From assembly GCA_001662655.1 (NCBI GenBank), contig KV460224.1: a stretch of 64,000 bases of DNA; one strand, given 5' to 3'. Made by a program: the position numbers and the translations under genes. This document shows positions 1 through 14,042 of the stretch, one piece after another. Position 1 is the stretch's first letter, and each line of letters begins with the position of its first letter. The DNA comes from Pseudogymnoascus verrucosus. Lineage: Eukaryota. The notes beneath the pieces are model-generated. The model saw only the letters and a program-made list of their open reading frames with translations. It was not told the origin of the DNA and made no database searches.

Positions 1-650
1 ACGGCGACTACGTACCGAAACTCCCTGGGGATTTGCTCCTTAATGGGAACTTTGACAAGAGCGTTGAAGTTATGGCTGCGCATAACGCCAATGAAGGCAT
101 CCTCTTCGCAACGCCCTTTGCAAAGTCCAACAAAGACATGGCAACGTACCTCAAGTCTGCTGTCCCATCCTTGGACGACACGGCATTGGAAGTTATCCTC
201 GACTCTGTGTACCCTGAAGTCTTCGACGGCTCTTTTGACTACACCGACCAATTCGAGCGAGCCGCGACCATTGTGGGCGAGGCATTTTTCTCGTGCAACA
301 CGCGTTACCTCGAAGCCGCGTTTGGGGAGAAGTCATACAGCTATCTCTTTGACGCTGTAAACAGGGGCTTCCATGGCGAAGACTTGACATACACTTTCTA
401 CAACGGCCCATCAGCTGTCGCAGATGGCGGAACCGTCAACGCAACAGTCGCCAAAGCGCTGCAGAGTTATATCACCCACTTCGTGGCGACGGGTAACCCG
501 AACGGAGGTTCTGCGCCATTCTTCCCTCAGTACGGGTCGAATTCGAGCGTGCAGGTCGTGGCGCCGGATGACTTTGGGACTCAGATTACGGATCCTGAGG
601 ATAACAAGAGGTGTTCGTGGTGGCAGTCAGCGACCGTGTATGATGACTGA
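1..650 (+). CDS. Carboxylesterase type B / lipase, 3' part (5' end outside window)
   Basis: Open frame from window start: DGDYVPKLPG..HNANEG (catalytic Glu region)..FHGEDLTYTF (catalytic His)..YITHFVATGNPN, typical of COesterase C-terminal halves. Confidence 0.85.
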   Translation, partial: GDYVPKLPGDLLLNGNFDKSVEVMAAHNANEGILFATPFAKSNKDMATYLKSAVPSLDDTALEVILDSVYPEVFDGSFDYTDQFERAATIVGEAFFSCNTRYLEAAFGEKSYSYLFDAVNRGFHGEDLTYTFYNGPSAVADGGTVNATVAKALQSYITHFVATGNPNGGSAPFFPQYGSNSSVQVVAPDDFGTQITDPEDNKRCSWWQSATVYDD

Positions 651-963
651 GGAGTTGAAGTTTAACTGGAGGAATTAATCGTTACGTCCAGCCTCGGGAT
701 GTGAAATGTTGGCTATATTTCCGAAATATGAGTACACCATACTTGAATGGTCCCGCTGTCGCTGCCCCTCCTCTTCTTCATTTCTCGACAACGGGAGCAT
801 CTATTCCTAGCTGTCTAGGGTGAGGCAAAATTTATATAAGGAGACAAAACAAAATGACAAAAACATACAACAGTGGGTATTACTATTCCTAAGGCAACGT
901 AGGTAGATACAGGCACTTACGCTACTACTATATTAGTTATTAGCTTTATTACCCTCCTTTATA

Positions 964-2803
964 ACGTATTTCACGTACGAGTGGGCCACACGGACGAGTG
1001 GGCCACGAAAACACCAAAATTGACTATTACTGCCTACTACTACACCACTACCCTACATAATGACCCTTATTCGATCGTAATTGAATCCTCGTGCCTCGTA
1101 CATGTACGGGAGTTATGGCCCATAATACCACATATGCCACAGCGCTTCTGTCGGCCTGTAGAACCCACCTGCCGACTACGCTCACTTGCCACCTCCGTAC
1201 GGACTTGAGCTTCTACCTCAGCACTCTGAAGCATATCCTCTCCCTCTCGTACGGAGAGACTGCCGCCTTGCATTATACGCCTCTTGCGCTTCCTTTCCCT
1301 CCTCTTTTTCTGTTCATTTGCTGCTTGTAGAGCCTTAACTTCTGCCTTGAGTAGAATAGCAGAATGCATCATAACCTAAGCTCCTTTGGCAAGCCGGCTT
1401 AGTGCGTCATTAATTGAGGTAGGAGAGCTATTCTGATGTTGTATAACACGGTTCTTAATATGCTCTGTCTAGAAATCAAGCTCCCTTATAGTTTGAGGAG
1501 TCTTTGAAGTCTAATTGTTACTCTCAACTATAGGAGGAGTTGGAGTTCTTAAGTGTAGATTTAAGTGAGAGAGGACACTCTGTGGCTCGTACGGAACTAG
1601 CCCTGTAGCTCGGAATCCGCTCTTAATGTTCTGCTCTGTAAATGTAGCTTTAAATGCTTCTTTAAATGCAGAGAGGAACTCAAGCTTTGTAATGTGGTTT
1701 AGCTGGTTCCGTACGAAGGTTTCAATCTGCTTTCCGTACGAAAGCTTTAGTAGTGCAAAGCAGCTTACATCAAGAGGCTGAAGAATGTGTGATGAGTGTG
1801 GTGGCATACAGAGCGTGATTATCTTCCGTTCTGTGTAGTAGTGCTGAAATTGAGCAGAGAGGTAGCTCTCATGTCCGTCGAGAATAAGAAGGCAATAGGT
1901 TCCGACTATACGAGCATTTGTATGCTGATCGAAGTGTTGAATCCACTTATACCTAATTGAATTTGAAGTCCACCTATTCTCACTTAGTGTAATCACCTAG
2001 TCGTCTAGTAATCCTGAGTCCTCATACCAAGCAGAGAGGTGATTCTGCGCCTTAAAAATGATGAATGGCGGGAGTGCCCATCCGTACGAATTAACACCTT
2101 GGATAATTGACACCCACTCTCTATTCCCTGGCTGTATAGTCTTCGGACGGCTCTTTGCTTCTAAGCTTGTAACTACCTTTGCAGTAGCAATAACTCCCAT
2201 TGCGAAACCTGCTTCATCAAAGTTGTAGATATCCTGCTCTAAGATTCCGTATTTTGCAACTGTGTTTCGTACGAGGGAGAACCACCCTTTAATTATCTTC
2301 GGATCTTCGCATTTTGCTCGTTTATAATTATACTTCCGACTAAACTTTGCTTTGAGTTCCGTACGACGCTTAATGAAGGTAGTAGTCCAGTTCTTCCCAA
2401 CAGAGCTCTCGCCTCGTTCGGAGAGTAGAAGGTCAGCCATTTCTTGTACAGCTTGCAGCCGGGGCGGAAATCCACGTGAATCTAGGTTAAGGATGTACCG
2501 AACGAGAGCTGACTCTTCGTACGGAGTCAACTTCTGTAAGTTAGGAATAGAATCGCGTCGGGAAGCCATTCCATTCATTCTTCTACTAAGGGTCATCCGT
2601 GGTACATCGTACGACAATGCAGCAGCTCGGACACTTTTAAATTGATGTTCCTTTAGTGCCTGAATAGCTAGAAGTAATCTATCCTCTTGATTAGAGGATT
2701 GGGCTTGTGTTGGTTGTGGCATTGTTAACGGTAATCTAGTTGACGCGTTTTGGTGTTTTCGTGGCCCACTCGTCCGTGTGGCCCACTCGTACGTGAAATA
2801 CGT
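964..2803 (-). mobile_element. Fot1/Pot2-type (pogo, Tc1-mariner superfamily) DNA transposon, full length, lightly RIP-inactivated
   Basis: TIRs acgtatttcacgtacgagtgggccacacggacgagtgggccacgaaaacaccaaaa at both ends; TA TSD (962-963, 2804-2805); transposase broken by TAG stops. Confidence 0.95.
1067..2722 (-). pseudogene. Fot1/Pot2 transposase (HTH-psq, CENP-B HTH, DDE_1, C-terminal CCHC) with premature stops
   Basis: ORFs 1997-2722, 1511-1996 and 1067-1372 are collinear with the intact 544-aa transposase at 24012-25646; TGG>TAG stops at 1997 and 1511. Confidence 0.93.
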
Positions 2804-3165
2804 TAGTCTATAATTAAGTATGGTAATAAAGTTGAAGGCGCGGGGTTTAGATGCTTGTTAGTCCAACTGATCGCTCATATGCGAACAGAGATGTTGTCCA
2901 TCCTAGGCCAACCCATCTTCTGTAGTTCTTATATTTATTCTGTTAATTTGTCCTATAATATATTGTGTGTATAAGTACTTTCTAAACTTCCACCTACTTC
3001 TAGCTACTATTACCCTTCTTACTAAGGAACAGTTGCTAATAAACATTATAAACTCTTTCCTAGAGTTGTTATAGAACCTTAAAACATTCCCTATAAAACT
3101 AAATCTCTTAGTGCATGCTACCTAGCTCCTTTATAAGCTTATAGACGCTTATAGACAAGCTTAGA

Positions 3166-3578
3166 CTTACTAAGGAAGTAAGCCTAGGGCTTGTAGCTAG
3201 CAAGGCTTCTATAAGTGCTTAGGTTGGAATATCCTATTAGTATAAAGGGCAGTGTAGTACAAAGAGGTGCTAGTGTTATAAGGAAGGAAAGGAGTGTATA
3301 GTACACTCTTATAATAATGATTATAATTGTGGCTATTTATTAGGCCTAGCTACTCGAATAGAAATAGCTTTAGTTAAGAGGCCTCACTAGAAACGAGCAC
3401 GGGCAGACACAGTAGATAATACTACGTAGCTATATAGATCAAATGATAACTTCTACTATTTCTAGTTTACAGTTGAGCCGGCCAGTTCATGAACAGGCCG
3501 GCCCAACTATGAACAAGAAAAATCTCTGTTGGGCCGGCCGGTTCATGAACCAGCTCATATCAGGGTTGGGCCGGAACA
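3166..3578 (+). mobile_element. RIP-degraded 3' end and right TIR of a Ginger-type element related to 13837-15872
   Basis: 3166-3305 aligns by eye to 15686-15827 (aagggcagtgtagtacaaag..ataaggaag); ends in ggttgggccggaaca, the same terminus as 15858-15872. Confidence 0.85.
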
Positions 3579-4942
3579 TAGCAAACAAATATAAAAAAAT
3601 AAACAACTGAGAAATATCTCCAAGTCCCGCCTAAACCTTCTATTGGCTAATCGTAAACCTAGCTCTTAACACTTTATAATTACAACTTTTGCTATTGGAG
3701 ATTAAGGAGTTATACGCAAACAACCCATACACGAACGCAACGTCCTGACTTGTCCGTCTGTCCAAATTACGCGTGCGGTGCACCAGCCCCAGTCCCAAGA
3801 CATGAACTCAACGCTATAACCTCCCTACCCCGTCCTGAAGCGCACGCGCAACTCTCGAACCCCCTCACCTCGTCCAAGAATAACTCAGCCAGAATTCTGT
3901 AACACAATCGGTTGTGGATCACCAGTCCCACTACTGATTTGTCCCTGCATATGCGCTAGGTTCCAGTTTGTCACATCGAAAGCTTTCTGATCTGGATGGG
4001 GATGCAGGGTTATATAACGAGCTGTCCTTGGCCGCTTTATCCTCGCATTTTGTTTCTTCATTTCGACATAGTATCGCCTTGTCGTCTTCTGGTCTGAGCA
4101 CTACTAGTGGGGTCTGCTCGCGCCGCTGCTTCCCGGCGATTTCTTTATTCGCTGTGGTACAACTGCCATCTTTGACAGGGGAGAGTTCTCTCTGGGCGTC
4201 GTCAAGGAGGGAACAGAGGGTTTGACTTGTGATAATTAGCGCGTCATTCATATTGTTTGGTGGTCCAGTTACGGCATCCGTCACAAAGTGTCGTAATTAG
4301 AAGTGGAGTTAAATTGAGTTAGGTTTTAGGTTACTAGTTTTATTAGGGAAAATATGCTTGATGTTAGATAGTAAATCGACCGGGTGGATAGCATGTGGCC
4401 GACCTGATATTTCACTATTTGTTTAGCAACCAGGCACAGCTTTCCAAACCCCTTTGCTTCATAGAAAGGTTCCTCGTGGACGGCGGCTGGGGTTTGGTGA
4501 CTGTCCCAGGGTCAACTTTCCTTCGAGGTAATGGCCTGTAATCGCCTCCTCGTGTCGGAAAACTTATTATCAATCTCTAACCACAAATGTAGGCTACGAT
4601 TCTCTGACAATCATCAAGATCACTTGTGAGTTTCTGCGGCCTTATCGTAGGAAGTTGAGTCTGAGACTTCTATAGTTTCTTTGTTCTACTGTCCTGTTCT
4701 TAGGAGCGGTAACTGCAGCGCGTAATTCCTCAGTCGAAACATAGAACTTGACTTTTAAAATAACCCTTTTCTATTTCTTACACTCTATAGGCTTATTTGC
4801 AACTGTTTGTAGGTTATAAGTTTCGTGTTGGCGGACAATAGCGCGAAATTCAAGTCGCTCAGTCTCATCAGAGTACTTATCGTACGTGGCGAGCGCTTCC
4901 TGATAAGCCACATTATAAATGCTTTAACTAATGCATGGCATT

Positions 4943-6866
4943 TCAAAACCTCGTCTGCCATTTTGGGTTCGTCCTTATACGCTCACCATACACCCAAAAG
5001 GCCCACGGAACGATCGCCAATGCCAGAGCTATAAACGCCAATAAACTGTTGCCCCAGCCAAGCCCTAATTTGTTGTATAGATTCAAACCAAACAAGGGGA
5101 AGAGAGCACCAAAAAGGCTTCTCAGAACGGCGCTGGCGGCAATGACGCTTGCAGAGTGGCTCGTGAAGGCATCTATTAGGTAAGTCTGAACACACATGAC
5201 TATTCCAATCATGCCAAAACCAGTGACGGCTGTTCCTATTTCAGGAACTATCCAATGTACCCGTTTCTCAGCTCCCCAACCATAAATAAACAAGCCAGCT
5301 GGGATGGCGAGTGCTGCCGGGAATGTAATAATTGGTGGAAGACGGTCCTCAGGACGTGGCTGCCGCCCTGCTTTGATTACCGATCGGATACTGCGATCAG
5401 AGAGCGTGCCGGCATAAGCTAAACCCGCCACAGTGCCCACCCCAGAGCCAAGGAACGATAGTCCTGCCATTGAAGAATTGAAGCCATATCTGTAGAAAAT
5501 TAGTAGTTGGTTCTTTACGGAGGGTTTGAAATTTATTGCCAAGAAACATCATCTGAGCTCTTAGAACTTATGAATATAGATGATTGGAACAATAAGAAGC
5601 ATTTATCCTGAAGTACTTACTGATCTCTGAAGACAAACGTGAAAGTTCTAAAATAGTGAAAATGACAAGTTAACGATCATGATCCAGAATCCAAAATCAA
5701 CGGGGCGAAATGTACTCACGTGAAGAGGATATAAAGCAATCCATATGCGACGGCGATGTACACACACATCATAGTGACGATTGGAGAGAAAATGAACATT
5801 TTTGCTGGTCGAACAATATTATAGAGAAAGGCGTCCTTCTCACTGAGCCCAGTGTCAAGCTTCGAGCATAGAGCAGTATTACCAGTCTCTTTCCGCAAAC
5901 GGGCAACTTTGCGGGTTAAAAGGACGGGAGCATATGTTTCTCGCAACAAGAAAAATGATATCAAAGTGATGACACCCGACTGTTTGATGTCAGCCACGCA
6001 TAGTCTCCTAGTGCCACAGGAACATGTGGTGTACCAGAATTGTAAGAACCCAGAACACCCAGCGCCACCCCTTGGATTCGCATAGAAACCCGCCTACAAC
6101 TGGGAAAAAGAGTTAGCACCTGTTACTTTGGAATGGTCTAGGGAACGTACCAGGTCCTATCATAGGCCCTAGAATTGGACCTACAGACCAGATCGCCATC
6201 GCTCTGCCCCTCTTTTCTGGAGGCATCATATCCGAAATCGATCCACCGCCGCACGTAATGACAGCGACCCCAGCGACGCCCGCCAAAAAGCGAACAGCAA
6301 GAAGCATGCCCATATTGGTTGCAACAGCTGAAAGAATGGTAAAGATGAGGAACAAGACATTGCATATGTTATAGACTGGTAGACGCCCGTATATCTCGCT
6401 CATTGGTGCCATTAACAGTGGACCAAATGCAAATCCCAGAACGAATATAGAGACGAGAAAGGTAGCAAGTGTGTTAGATGTACTTCCGAATTCTTCCAAT
6501 ACTTGAGGGATTCCTGGGGCGAACATAGATGAGGCTAACGGTCTAGAAATCCCTTAGCTCTTGACCAACTTCCTTTGGAAAGAGAATAGCTAACGTGATA
6601 AAGGTGATGAAAGCCAACAATATAATCATACCCCATTTCTTAGGCTCTGGCCAGTTCTGAGGGTTTGCCTCGTCGTTGCCATCCTCCCAGCCTACCAAAT
6701 TTGAGTTTGCGTTAGACTCGGCACCATGTGTTTCGTTATTTCTCGTCACATTTAACGAACTATTCTTGCCCTCCTCTTCTTTATTAATATCTTGCAACTG
6801 GATTGATGTTGAACGCAAGGAGCCGTCATGCTTAGAGGGGGATTCCTGGTCTGTGGAAGTGGCCAT
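4943..6866 (-). CDS. MFS multidrug transporter (DHA1 family), multi-exon
   Basis: [37 protein letters not shown] motifs across ORFs joined by GT-AG introns, including a ~27-nt micro-exon near 5621-5647. Confidence 0.9.
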
Positions 6867-9728
6867 TGCTTCTGGAGAAAAGGAAGGACAATATTAAAAC
6901 GGTGTAATCTGAAAGTCCTGTGCCGCACCAAAACTAGACAACTCAGAGGGAAGGGATTCTGAATATATACGCACAATAACAAAAGCAAACTAAGCCGTCG
7001 TAACTTTCTTTCCAGAAGCTGTCATTTTTATTCCCCCCTGTTTGAATAATATAAAGGTATAAAAATAATGCAGCGTTAAAAAGCGTGGTATTGTAGTTGC
7101 ACAACCGAACGCGGAAAGCTGTGGCCCGGAAGTGCCAAAACCAAGACATTCGCTCTCGCTCTCGCTCTCGTACTCATTCATTTCACATCCTCGAATTTCC
7201 TTGAAGAGACCAACGCCTCTATAGAATAAATACGAGTACGAGAATCCCACAGCGGATATAATCATAGGCATATCAAATAATCACTTGCCGGAAAGTGGTG
7301 ATACAAACAATTTAAAACATTAAGATACTAAATCCTGTTTATTTACACAACACTAAAATTAGCATAGGGTGCTTTAAGCAATTAGTTTTGTTTTATTGTA
7401 CTAAAGATGTTAGAGTTGATAATGCATATATGCTATCTATTCTCAACCTTTGCACAAATAGAATGAGAGAGTGTAGCTTAACTAAGAGCTGCAAAATACT
7501 AGTTATAGATTAAAGAAAAACAATAGTGAAATAAACAAGCCACTGCTAATAGCGTCTTACTTTCACTAACTGCAGAACAGGCTAGCATTTCAGCCTGATA
7601 GATCTCATGTGTAACTGCTTGCTGCTCAACCACTTGTGAGCAGCTAAGCTATTCGACAAGTAGCTATCAACCTTTACCTTCTAAACCTTGCAAATTATAC
7701 AGCCTGTCCTCGTTTTGCAGTGGGATCGTCTCGAGCATTGGGTAATTGTGCCTAGCGATGGACTCTCATGCATGTTGATATCTAGACAGTGCTGATAGCG
7801 CTGCTACTGGAGGGCGAACGCCGAGGAATGACAGTGGGTGCTAGCTAAGGTTGAACTCGTATATGGACTCCTCGTACGAGAAGACACGTGCAAATGTACT
7901 AGTGAGAAGCAATATTAGGTTGAAGTGGGGAAAGCTGATGTGATATGAGGATGGTTAAGGCTTGCTCACACCTTTAATGCAAAAAAAGAGTAATAACGGA
8001 TGATAGCTGAGCCGTCCTCACGTCAGATTCTTCGGCACCTGCCTAACGCCCTTGAGATGGAGGCTCTTATGTTTAGTGTATTATGGTGAATGTATGATCG
8101 GCAGAAATGTATTGCTGCTCTGTTTCAGTGAATGTGAATACGAGCGAATACGAGCGAATACGAGCGCGTAACGCTAACGATTAACCCCAGATGTTGATAG
8201 GCTGTGAGTCAGCCTCGTTGGCGCCATCCTGGCGCGGGTAACTCCCTATCGACGGCATTTGCCGTCTCTAATATCAAACTTTCCGAAGTGGGAGCATTTG
8301 GTTCCCAAGTGCGGATCCCAGATTTTAGTAGCAGCCCTATGATAGATCCAATCTACAAGGTATAAGTTATCTCAGACACAAAGTGTGAATATCTAAGCTT
8401 GATTTGGGCCCCTCCCTATTTCAGCCCCTTCATCAGGGGCTGACAGAGTGGTTTGTGTTAGGGGTAATTCGGGAGTACCAGGCATCCTCTACTTTATAAG
8501 TTATAAAGTAGAGGATATATTATAACCCTTGTTACATTCAGTACCATCGTTCACTATCATCGCCGCGAGCATCGCCATTGATACACAGCTAAAATTGTAT
8601 GGGAATCCCCGGTCACCGTAAATAATCTCTTGGCAGCCGGAACAGAGAGACTTCACAGTAACACTAGAAATAGAATATATTAAACGATTGAATTACTACA
8701 CTATTCTACGGATCCTACGTACTATTTGTATTCGCTCAGGGTGCTATACTCTGCCCCTGAGCAGCTGAACAATTAGGTGCAGTGCTCCATAGAGTGGTGC
8801 CCCGAGACAACTGCCTCACGCCACACTAATGGAGAAGCCGGACTACGGTACTGGGAATAATTGCTTTTTTAGGGCCAAAAGACTACCGTATCCCACGGTC
8901 CGTGTCCGCCTTCCCACAACAGTTTGATAGAACGAGGATCGTCAGTTGCAACGAGTTCCATGACGAGGAGGCTGAGACTTTGTTTCTGTAGTTGCGCGCC
9001 CTAGTGTGGACTCCTGTAGCCGGAAGATGGGAAATGATGATATAAAGTATCTAGAGCCGTCCTTTAATTCAGTATTCGTTCTTTAACCCTACCATGGTTA
9101 TTCTTGGCCGCTGGGTTTGGATTCTCGGACCATCGGATTCGCATTTCGCACTCGGGCTCGGGCTCGCCTAATGGGATGGCAACGCGTCCGCCCCATTGTA
9201 ATTCGAGCAAGTGGGTTTTCAAGTGGGACCAGAACAGGGGTATTCAGTAGTGTATGTCATCTTTGTTCCCAATCCACACCACTCCAGAAACGGTGTTACG
9301 GAGGTGTTGTTCAAAAGTTTTGTCATTAGGGAGTCCTAAAAAAGCCACTGGCATGGCTGCTTGTAGTGCGGCGGCGTATCTCGCCATATATTTTATATGG
9401 GATTGATACTTGAGTGTATGCTGCTGTGCACAAATCCTGGGTTCCCATGCTTGATCTACTCACAAAACTTTTGAACAATACCTCCGTATTGTAACAACAC
9501 AGATTTATTCTAGAATAGCCTTTAAAAAGTTGCAACGGGACAGCCTAAGCTAGTTAAGTTACCTTGACGCTGTCATGGCCTAAGCTCCAGCCAGATCTTC
9601 TGGTAATTGCCATTTTTGAAAGGCTTGAAAATCTATAAAATGGCTCTATAAGCCCCCTTTTTGTTTCATGCAATATAACTATAGTCATCAACTACAATTC
9701 ACCCCTTAGAGCAAAATATTTTATCAAA

Positions 9729-11435
9729 ATGATCTCTCGCATGCAATTCATGGCATTAGCTCTATTAGGACTGGCATCTGCTAGTCCTAATATACTAGAT
9801 TCTCTGAGAGGCCAAACCATCACTGCGGTTTTAGGGGGGTTGGATCTCACGGCTGAAGCAGCATGTGCTTGCAAGCTCCTTCTCAATTCCTACTCAGACA
9901 TGATTTTATTCCCTACATCAGCAAATTATACGGCCGAGACAAAATTATTTTGGGACATCCGCTCCGACTTATCTCCCGCATGCATTTTTCAGCCAGATAA
10001 AGCGGACGAGGTGGCAGATGGTATTAAGATCCTCTCTGGGTGTGACGCCCAGTTTGCAGTACGCGGCGGTGGCCATATGAATGTATGTGCAAGAGTCTAA
10101 ACGGTCGATGGATCTTACTAATTGGATGCACACAGTACCCAGGGTCAAATAACATCGACGGAGGCGTTCTCATCACATTGAACAAACTCAACAGTTATAA
10201 GGTCGAAAATGATACAATTGATGTCGGCCCAGGAATGACCTGGTATGATGTCTACGCAGCACTTGATCCACATGGTCGTATCGCCATCGGTGGCCGCCTA
10301 AAGACGATTGGTGTTCCTGGCCTTACTCTGATCGGCGGTGTGCATTACTTCATCAATAAGTATGGTTTTGCCATGGACAATGTCGTCAGCTATGATATTG
10401 TTCTCGGTAATGGCACCCAAGTCACCGCTAATGACACCACAAACCAGGATTTGTTCTGGGCGCTGAAGGGTGGTGCTAATAACTTCGGTCTCGTCACAAA
10501 ATTTACTCTTAAAACCTACAGCATTCCCTTAATCAGCACAACTATCCAGACTTTTAACGAAAGTGGTATCTACGATTTGGTCAAGGCTACATGTGATCTT
10601 GCTTCATTGGATGACGCTGATCCCATCGCTGCTGGTTCCATCATCACTATTCAGTACAACGCAACAACTAAGGCTGCATCTGGCTCAATATTAGGTGTTC
10701 AAGAGGGAATAAGCAACCCTCCAAGTCAGTTTGCAAACTTCTCAGCGATTCCAGGACCCATCAAGTTAAACAACGTCACAACACTTAAGCAGTGGGGTTC
10801 TGACAAGGTCACCCCCAATCAGATGTTTAGGTATGTTCTACATTCACACACGTGAATAAGCACACATAGTAATGCGAGATAGGGTTATGTTCTCTCATAA
10901 AACTATTGTCCCTGATGCCGATAGACTATACAGTATTTACCAAGCCTGGAGAGCCGCAGTAGACCAAATTGCGGATGTCCAGGGTCTTTACCCAACATTC
11001 GTGATGAATACTGTTGCAGCAGGTGCAGCTAGAGTAGGACAGACTAACGGAATTGGCAATGTCTGGGGACTCAAGGTTGAGCCTACCATCTGTAAGTCAG
11101 TTCCATTAGTTCTGGGTCCAAAGGTGGGCAGCGATGAATTATACTGATCTGTATAATCTTTAGGGTGGCAGTTTAGCACCGGATGGGATTTGGCACAGGA
11201 CGACCTCCGTGTAACGGCTTGGTCGCGTCAGTTAACTGAACATCTTCATGGTATTAACCGGAAGCTTGGTCTCGCCAGAGACCATATCTACATGGGAGAT
11301 GCGGGTGAGTGGCAGGATCCCTTTGCGTCATTCCCAGAAGCGAACGTGGAGCGGATGAGGGCTATTAGATCAGCTTATGACCCGTCTGGAACTTTCTCCA
11401 GATTGAACTGGGGTGGCTTCAAGCTTGGATTCTAA
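9729..11435 (+). CDS. Secreted FAD-linked oxidoreductase (BBE/VAO-like FAD_binding_4), multi-exon
   Basis: Signal peptide, FAVRGGGH (covalent FAD His), DLFWALKGGANNFGLVT, C-terminal YDPSGTFSRLNWGGFKL; introns near 10083-10135, 10832-10883, 11092-11163. Confidence 0.9.
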
Positions 11436-11714
11436 AGGGGCCTGGAGGCATCCTGGTCACATAGAGTCGGGAACAATTATCGCAACCCCTTTTACAATCT
11501 TCATTTTGTCCCATCCCTAATTGCTAATTGTGCACGGAGGTACACCATTTTCCCCTAGGCAATGAGATCTGCAAAGTGTGTGGTGGGTCAGCGCAGCTCG
11601 TAGGCATGATCATGCTTTACCATGGCCTATGCCGTGGCTTCATCTTCATCTCATTTCCCACTTTAAATGCCCTTATGGCCCTTATTAAGCCTTAATTAAT
11701 CTCGTTCTATCTGA

Positions 11715-12215
11715 CTTGGTACGAGCGAGAGTTTCTCTATATGCACGTTAAGTTGCTGATCAACTCGTACTTGTATTATAACAGTTACTGCATCAATTAG
11801 AATACAACCTAGTAATATATAGTCTGCAGGCACTACAACCTAAAATCTGAACTTGGGTTAGGGTGATGAAGATATGTTAAAGCATGGATCTTTATATGCA
11901 AAGAGCATTCTGACCTACTACCCTATAACCCCTACTAGGAGATAACCAGCGGGGAAATCCACATGGGGTCTTCATCCATGGCAAGTATTTGTTGTGCCAG
12001 TTAATGCGCTAGTGCCTACTGAATCCGATATTTAACTCGTATACTCGTATTTAGTACGAGCGATTGTTTTTGTATATACACGCTGAGCTACTGATCAATT
12101 CGTACTCGTATTTAGTACGAGCGAGTGTTTTTCTATATACACGTTGAGCTACTGATCAATTCGTACTCGTATTTTGTGCGACCGGGGCTTTCTCCATTAT
12201 ACACGTTAAGCTGCT
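11715..12215. repeat. ~60-bp imperfect tandem repeat (about 3 copies at 12035-12215 plus a detached copy at 11715-11777)
   Basis: Unit tagtacgagcga.tgttttt.tatatacacg.tgagctactgatcaattcgtactcgtatt. Confidence 0.85.
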
Positions 12216-12323
12216 AATTATAAGTCTTCATATAAAGAGAGGTGCATAGTGTAGTTGGTTTCTAGTTTTCAACCTCAATCTCAATCACAACCTCAACCTT
12301 AATCTCTAGGGCAATTTTCAATC

Positions 12324-13286
12324 ATGGCAACAACACTTACACTAACTACCGCTATCACTAGCACGTCCATTGTTGATATTGAGTCCGTTGGAGAGGAGAA
12401 GCGTGATATTACGACTCTGTTGAATTACTGGAAACGCCTTGAAAACCGTTCAATATCTGTGGATTTTAGCACCCCGGGAGCTCAGGAGCGTCTCGATGAA
12501 CTCTCAAATCTCAATGAAGCACATACGGTATTGATACACGACGTTCGCGGTGACGAGTCAAAGTACACGCTAGAGCGTAATGGATTTCAGTACGTCCATC
12601 ACCATGTTAAAGAGTTGGAGGACTGCTCCAATGAAGAACAAGTGAGAGAGGTTCTCCTTCCGGCTACTGAAGAGCTGGTCAAACAAATGTAAGCATAATT
12701 GGCTAGACATGATCTTCTCTATACATGTTGCGGCTAACATAACCCTGCTTATAGTACTGGTGCTACTAAAATCGTCACCTTTGCACACCGGATCCGTTGT
12801 TTCGCTACTGATGAGCGCCAGTTTGCCGCCTCCCAAGCACCTGCACATGACGTGCATTCTGATTTTACCTCGAGTGGTGCTATGGAACATCTCAAAGATA
12901 TTATACAAGATCAGGCTGAATTCAACCGCCTACTAGACGGTCGCATCCTTGCCATTAACGTGTGGCGACCATTGAAGCAAATTCGCAAAGACCCATTGGC
13001 TGTTTGTGATTGGAGATCTGTCGATTCGGAGACTGATTTAGTTGCAAACCGCATGATATTTTCACACGGCTGGAAGGAATTGGCTAAGGCTAATTTCAAT
13101 CCGAAGCATATGTGGTATTATTTGGGCGGCCAAATGCCAAATGAGCCATTGTTATTCAAACAGTTTGACAGCAAGGCAAAGGATGGTATGAACTTGCCCC
13201 ATACTGCGTTCGTGGACCTGAAATACATTGAGTGCAATCCTAGAGAGAGCATTGAAATCAAGATGTACGCTTTTCTCTCAAGCTGA
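12324..13286 (+). CDS. AsaB/CmcJ-like hydroxylase/desaturase-family protein, one intron
   Basis: IHDVRG..YTLERNGFQY, INVWRPL..DPLAVCD, WYYL..QMPNEPLLFKQFDS, PHTAF, PRESIEIK; intron about 12689-12754 (gtaagc..ctaac..tag). Confidence 0.85.
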
Positions 13287-14042
13287 GCGCGAAGATCTAG
13301 TACTCTGCCATCCTTGTATGTATTTAGAATTCTACTCGGCCGTATCAGTTTCATTTAGTTACCACCTTCCAGAGTCGTTCCTATTTTCAACTATAATGTT
13401 TCAACACTTGTGCCACCCGTCAGTATTAGAGGAGCATACCTGATAAGAAGACGTGAAATACCTCGACGCTACTTCGCATATAGATCTGCATCGAACCAGT
13501 GTTGCCAGTAGTTCAAACTGTCAGTTTAACAGTTTGAATTCTCGATATCAGAGGGTACTATGTAGGGAAAGTTGACACAGCGGTTGTCTTGTTGCTTCAG
13601 TTATTATCTTGTTAACAGAGCAACTATTATGCACATACAGTATACTGGGACGTGCGTACTACCCTGCCAAAACTGTCGGTTTAACAGTTCAAGCTGTTGG
13701 CAACACTGCATCGAACTAGCCTTTGTACACCAGGACAAAGTCTGTTTGCAGAATAGGGAAACAAAATTAGTACGTCTCTTTAGAGCGCTGCACAGATGGA
13801 CCTGATAAGACTAATAATGACCAAAGCCTTTATATCTGTTCCGGCCCAACCGTGAGCTGGGCCCACTCATGAGCTGGCCGGCCAGCTCATGAGCGGGCCG
13901 GCCCAACCACGAGTTTTGAAGCTCACGGTTCGGCCGGCCCAACCGTGAGCCCAACCCAACCCAACCCAACCTAACGTAGTAGTGTAGAATAGTATCGTAG
14001 AAAATTCAAATCTATAACCTACAACCTACAACTATAGCAATT

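Noticed and set aside
3931..4284. 117-aa ORF, possibly a transcription-factor remnant next to the MFS gene
   Set aside because: No identifiable domain
8486..8516. Palindrome tcctctactttataagttataaagtagagga
   Set aside because: Isolated short hairpin with no TSD or element context
12035..12215. Repeat array superficially like CRISPR
   Set aside because: Eukaryotic context, contiguous tandem units without unique spacers, no cas genes
3578..13837. Composite transposon carrying the MFS/oxidase cluster between Ginger ends
   Set aside because: The TIRs face away from the cluster (right end at 3578, left end at 13837) and no shared TSD is evident
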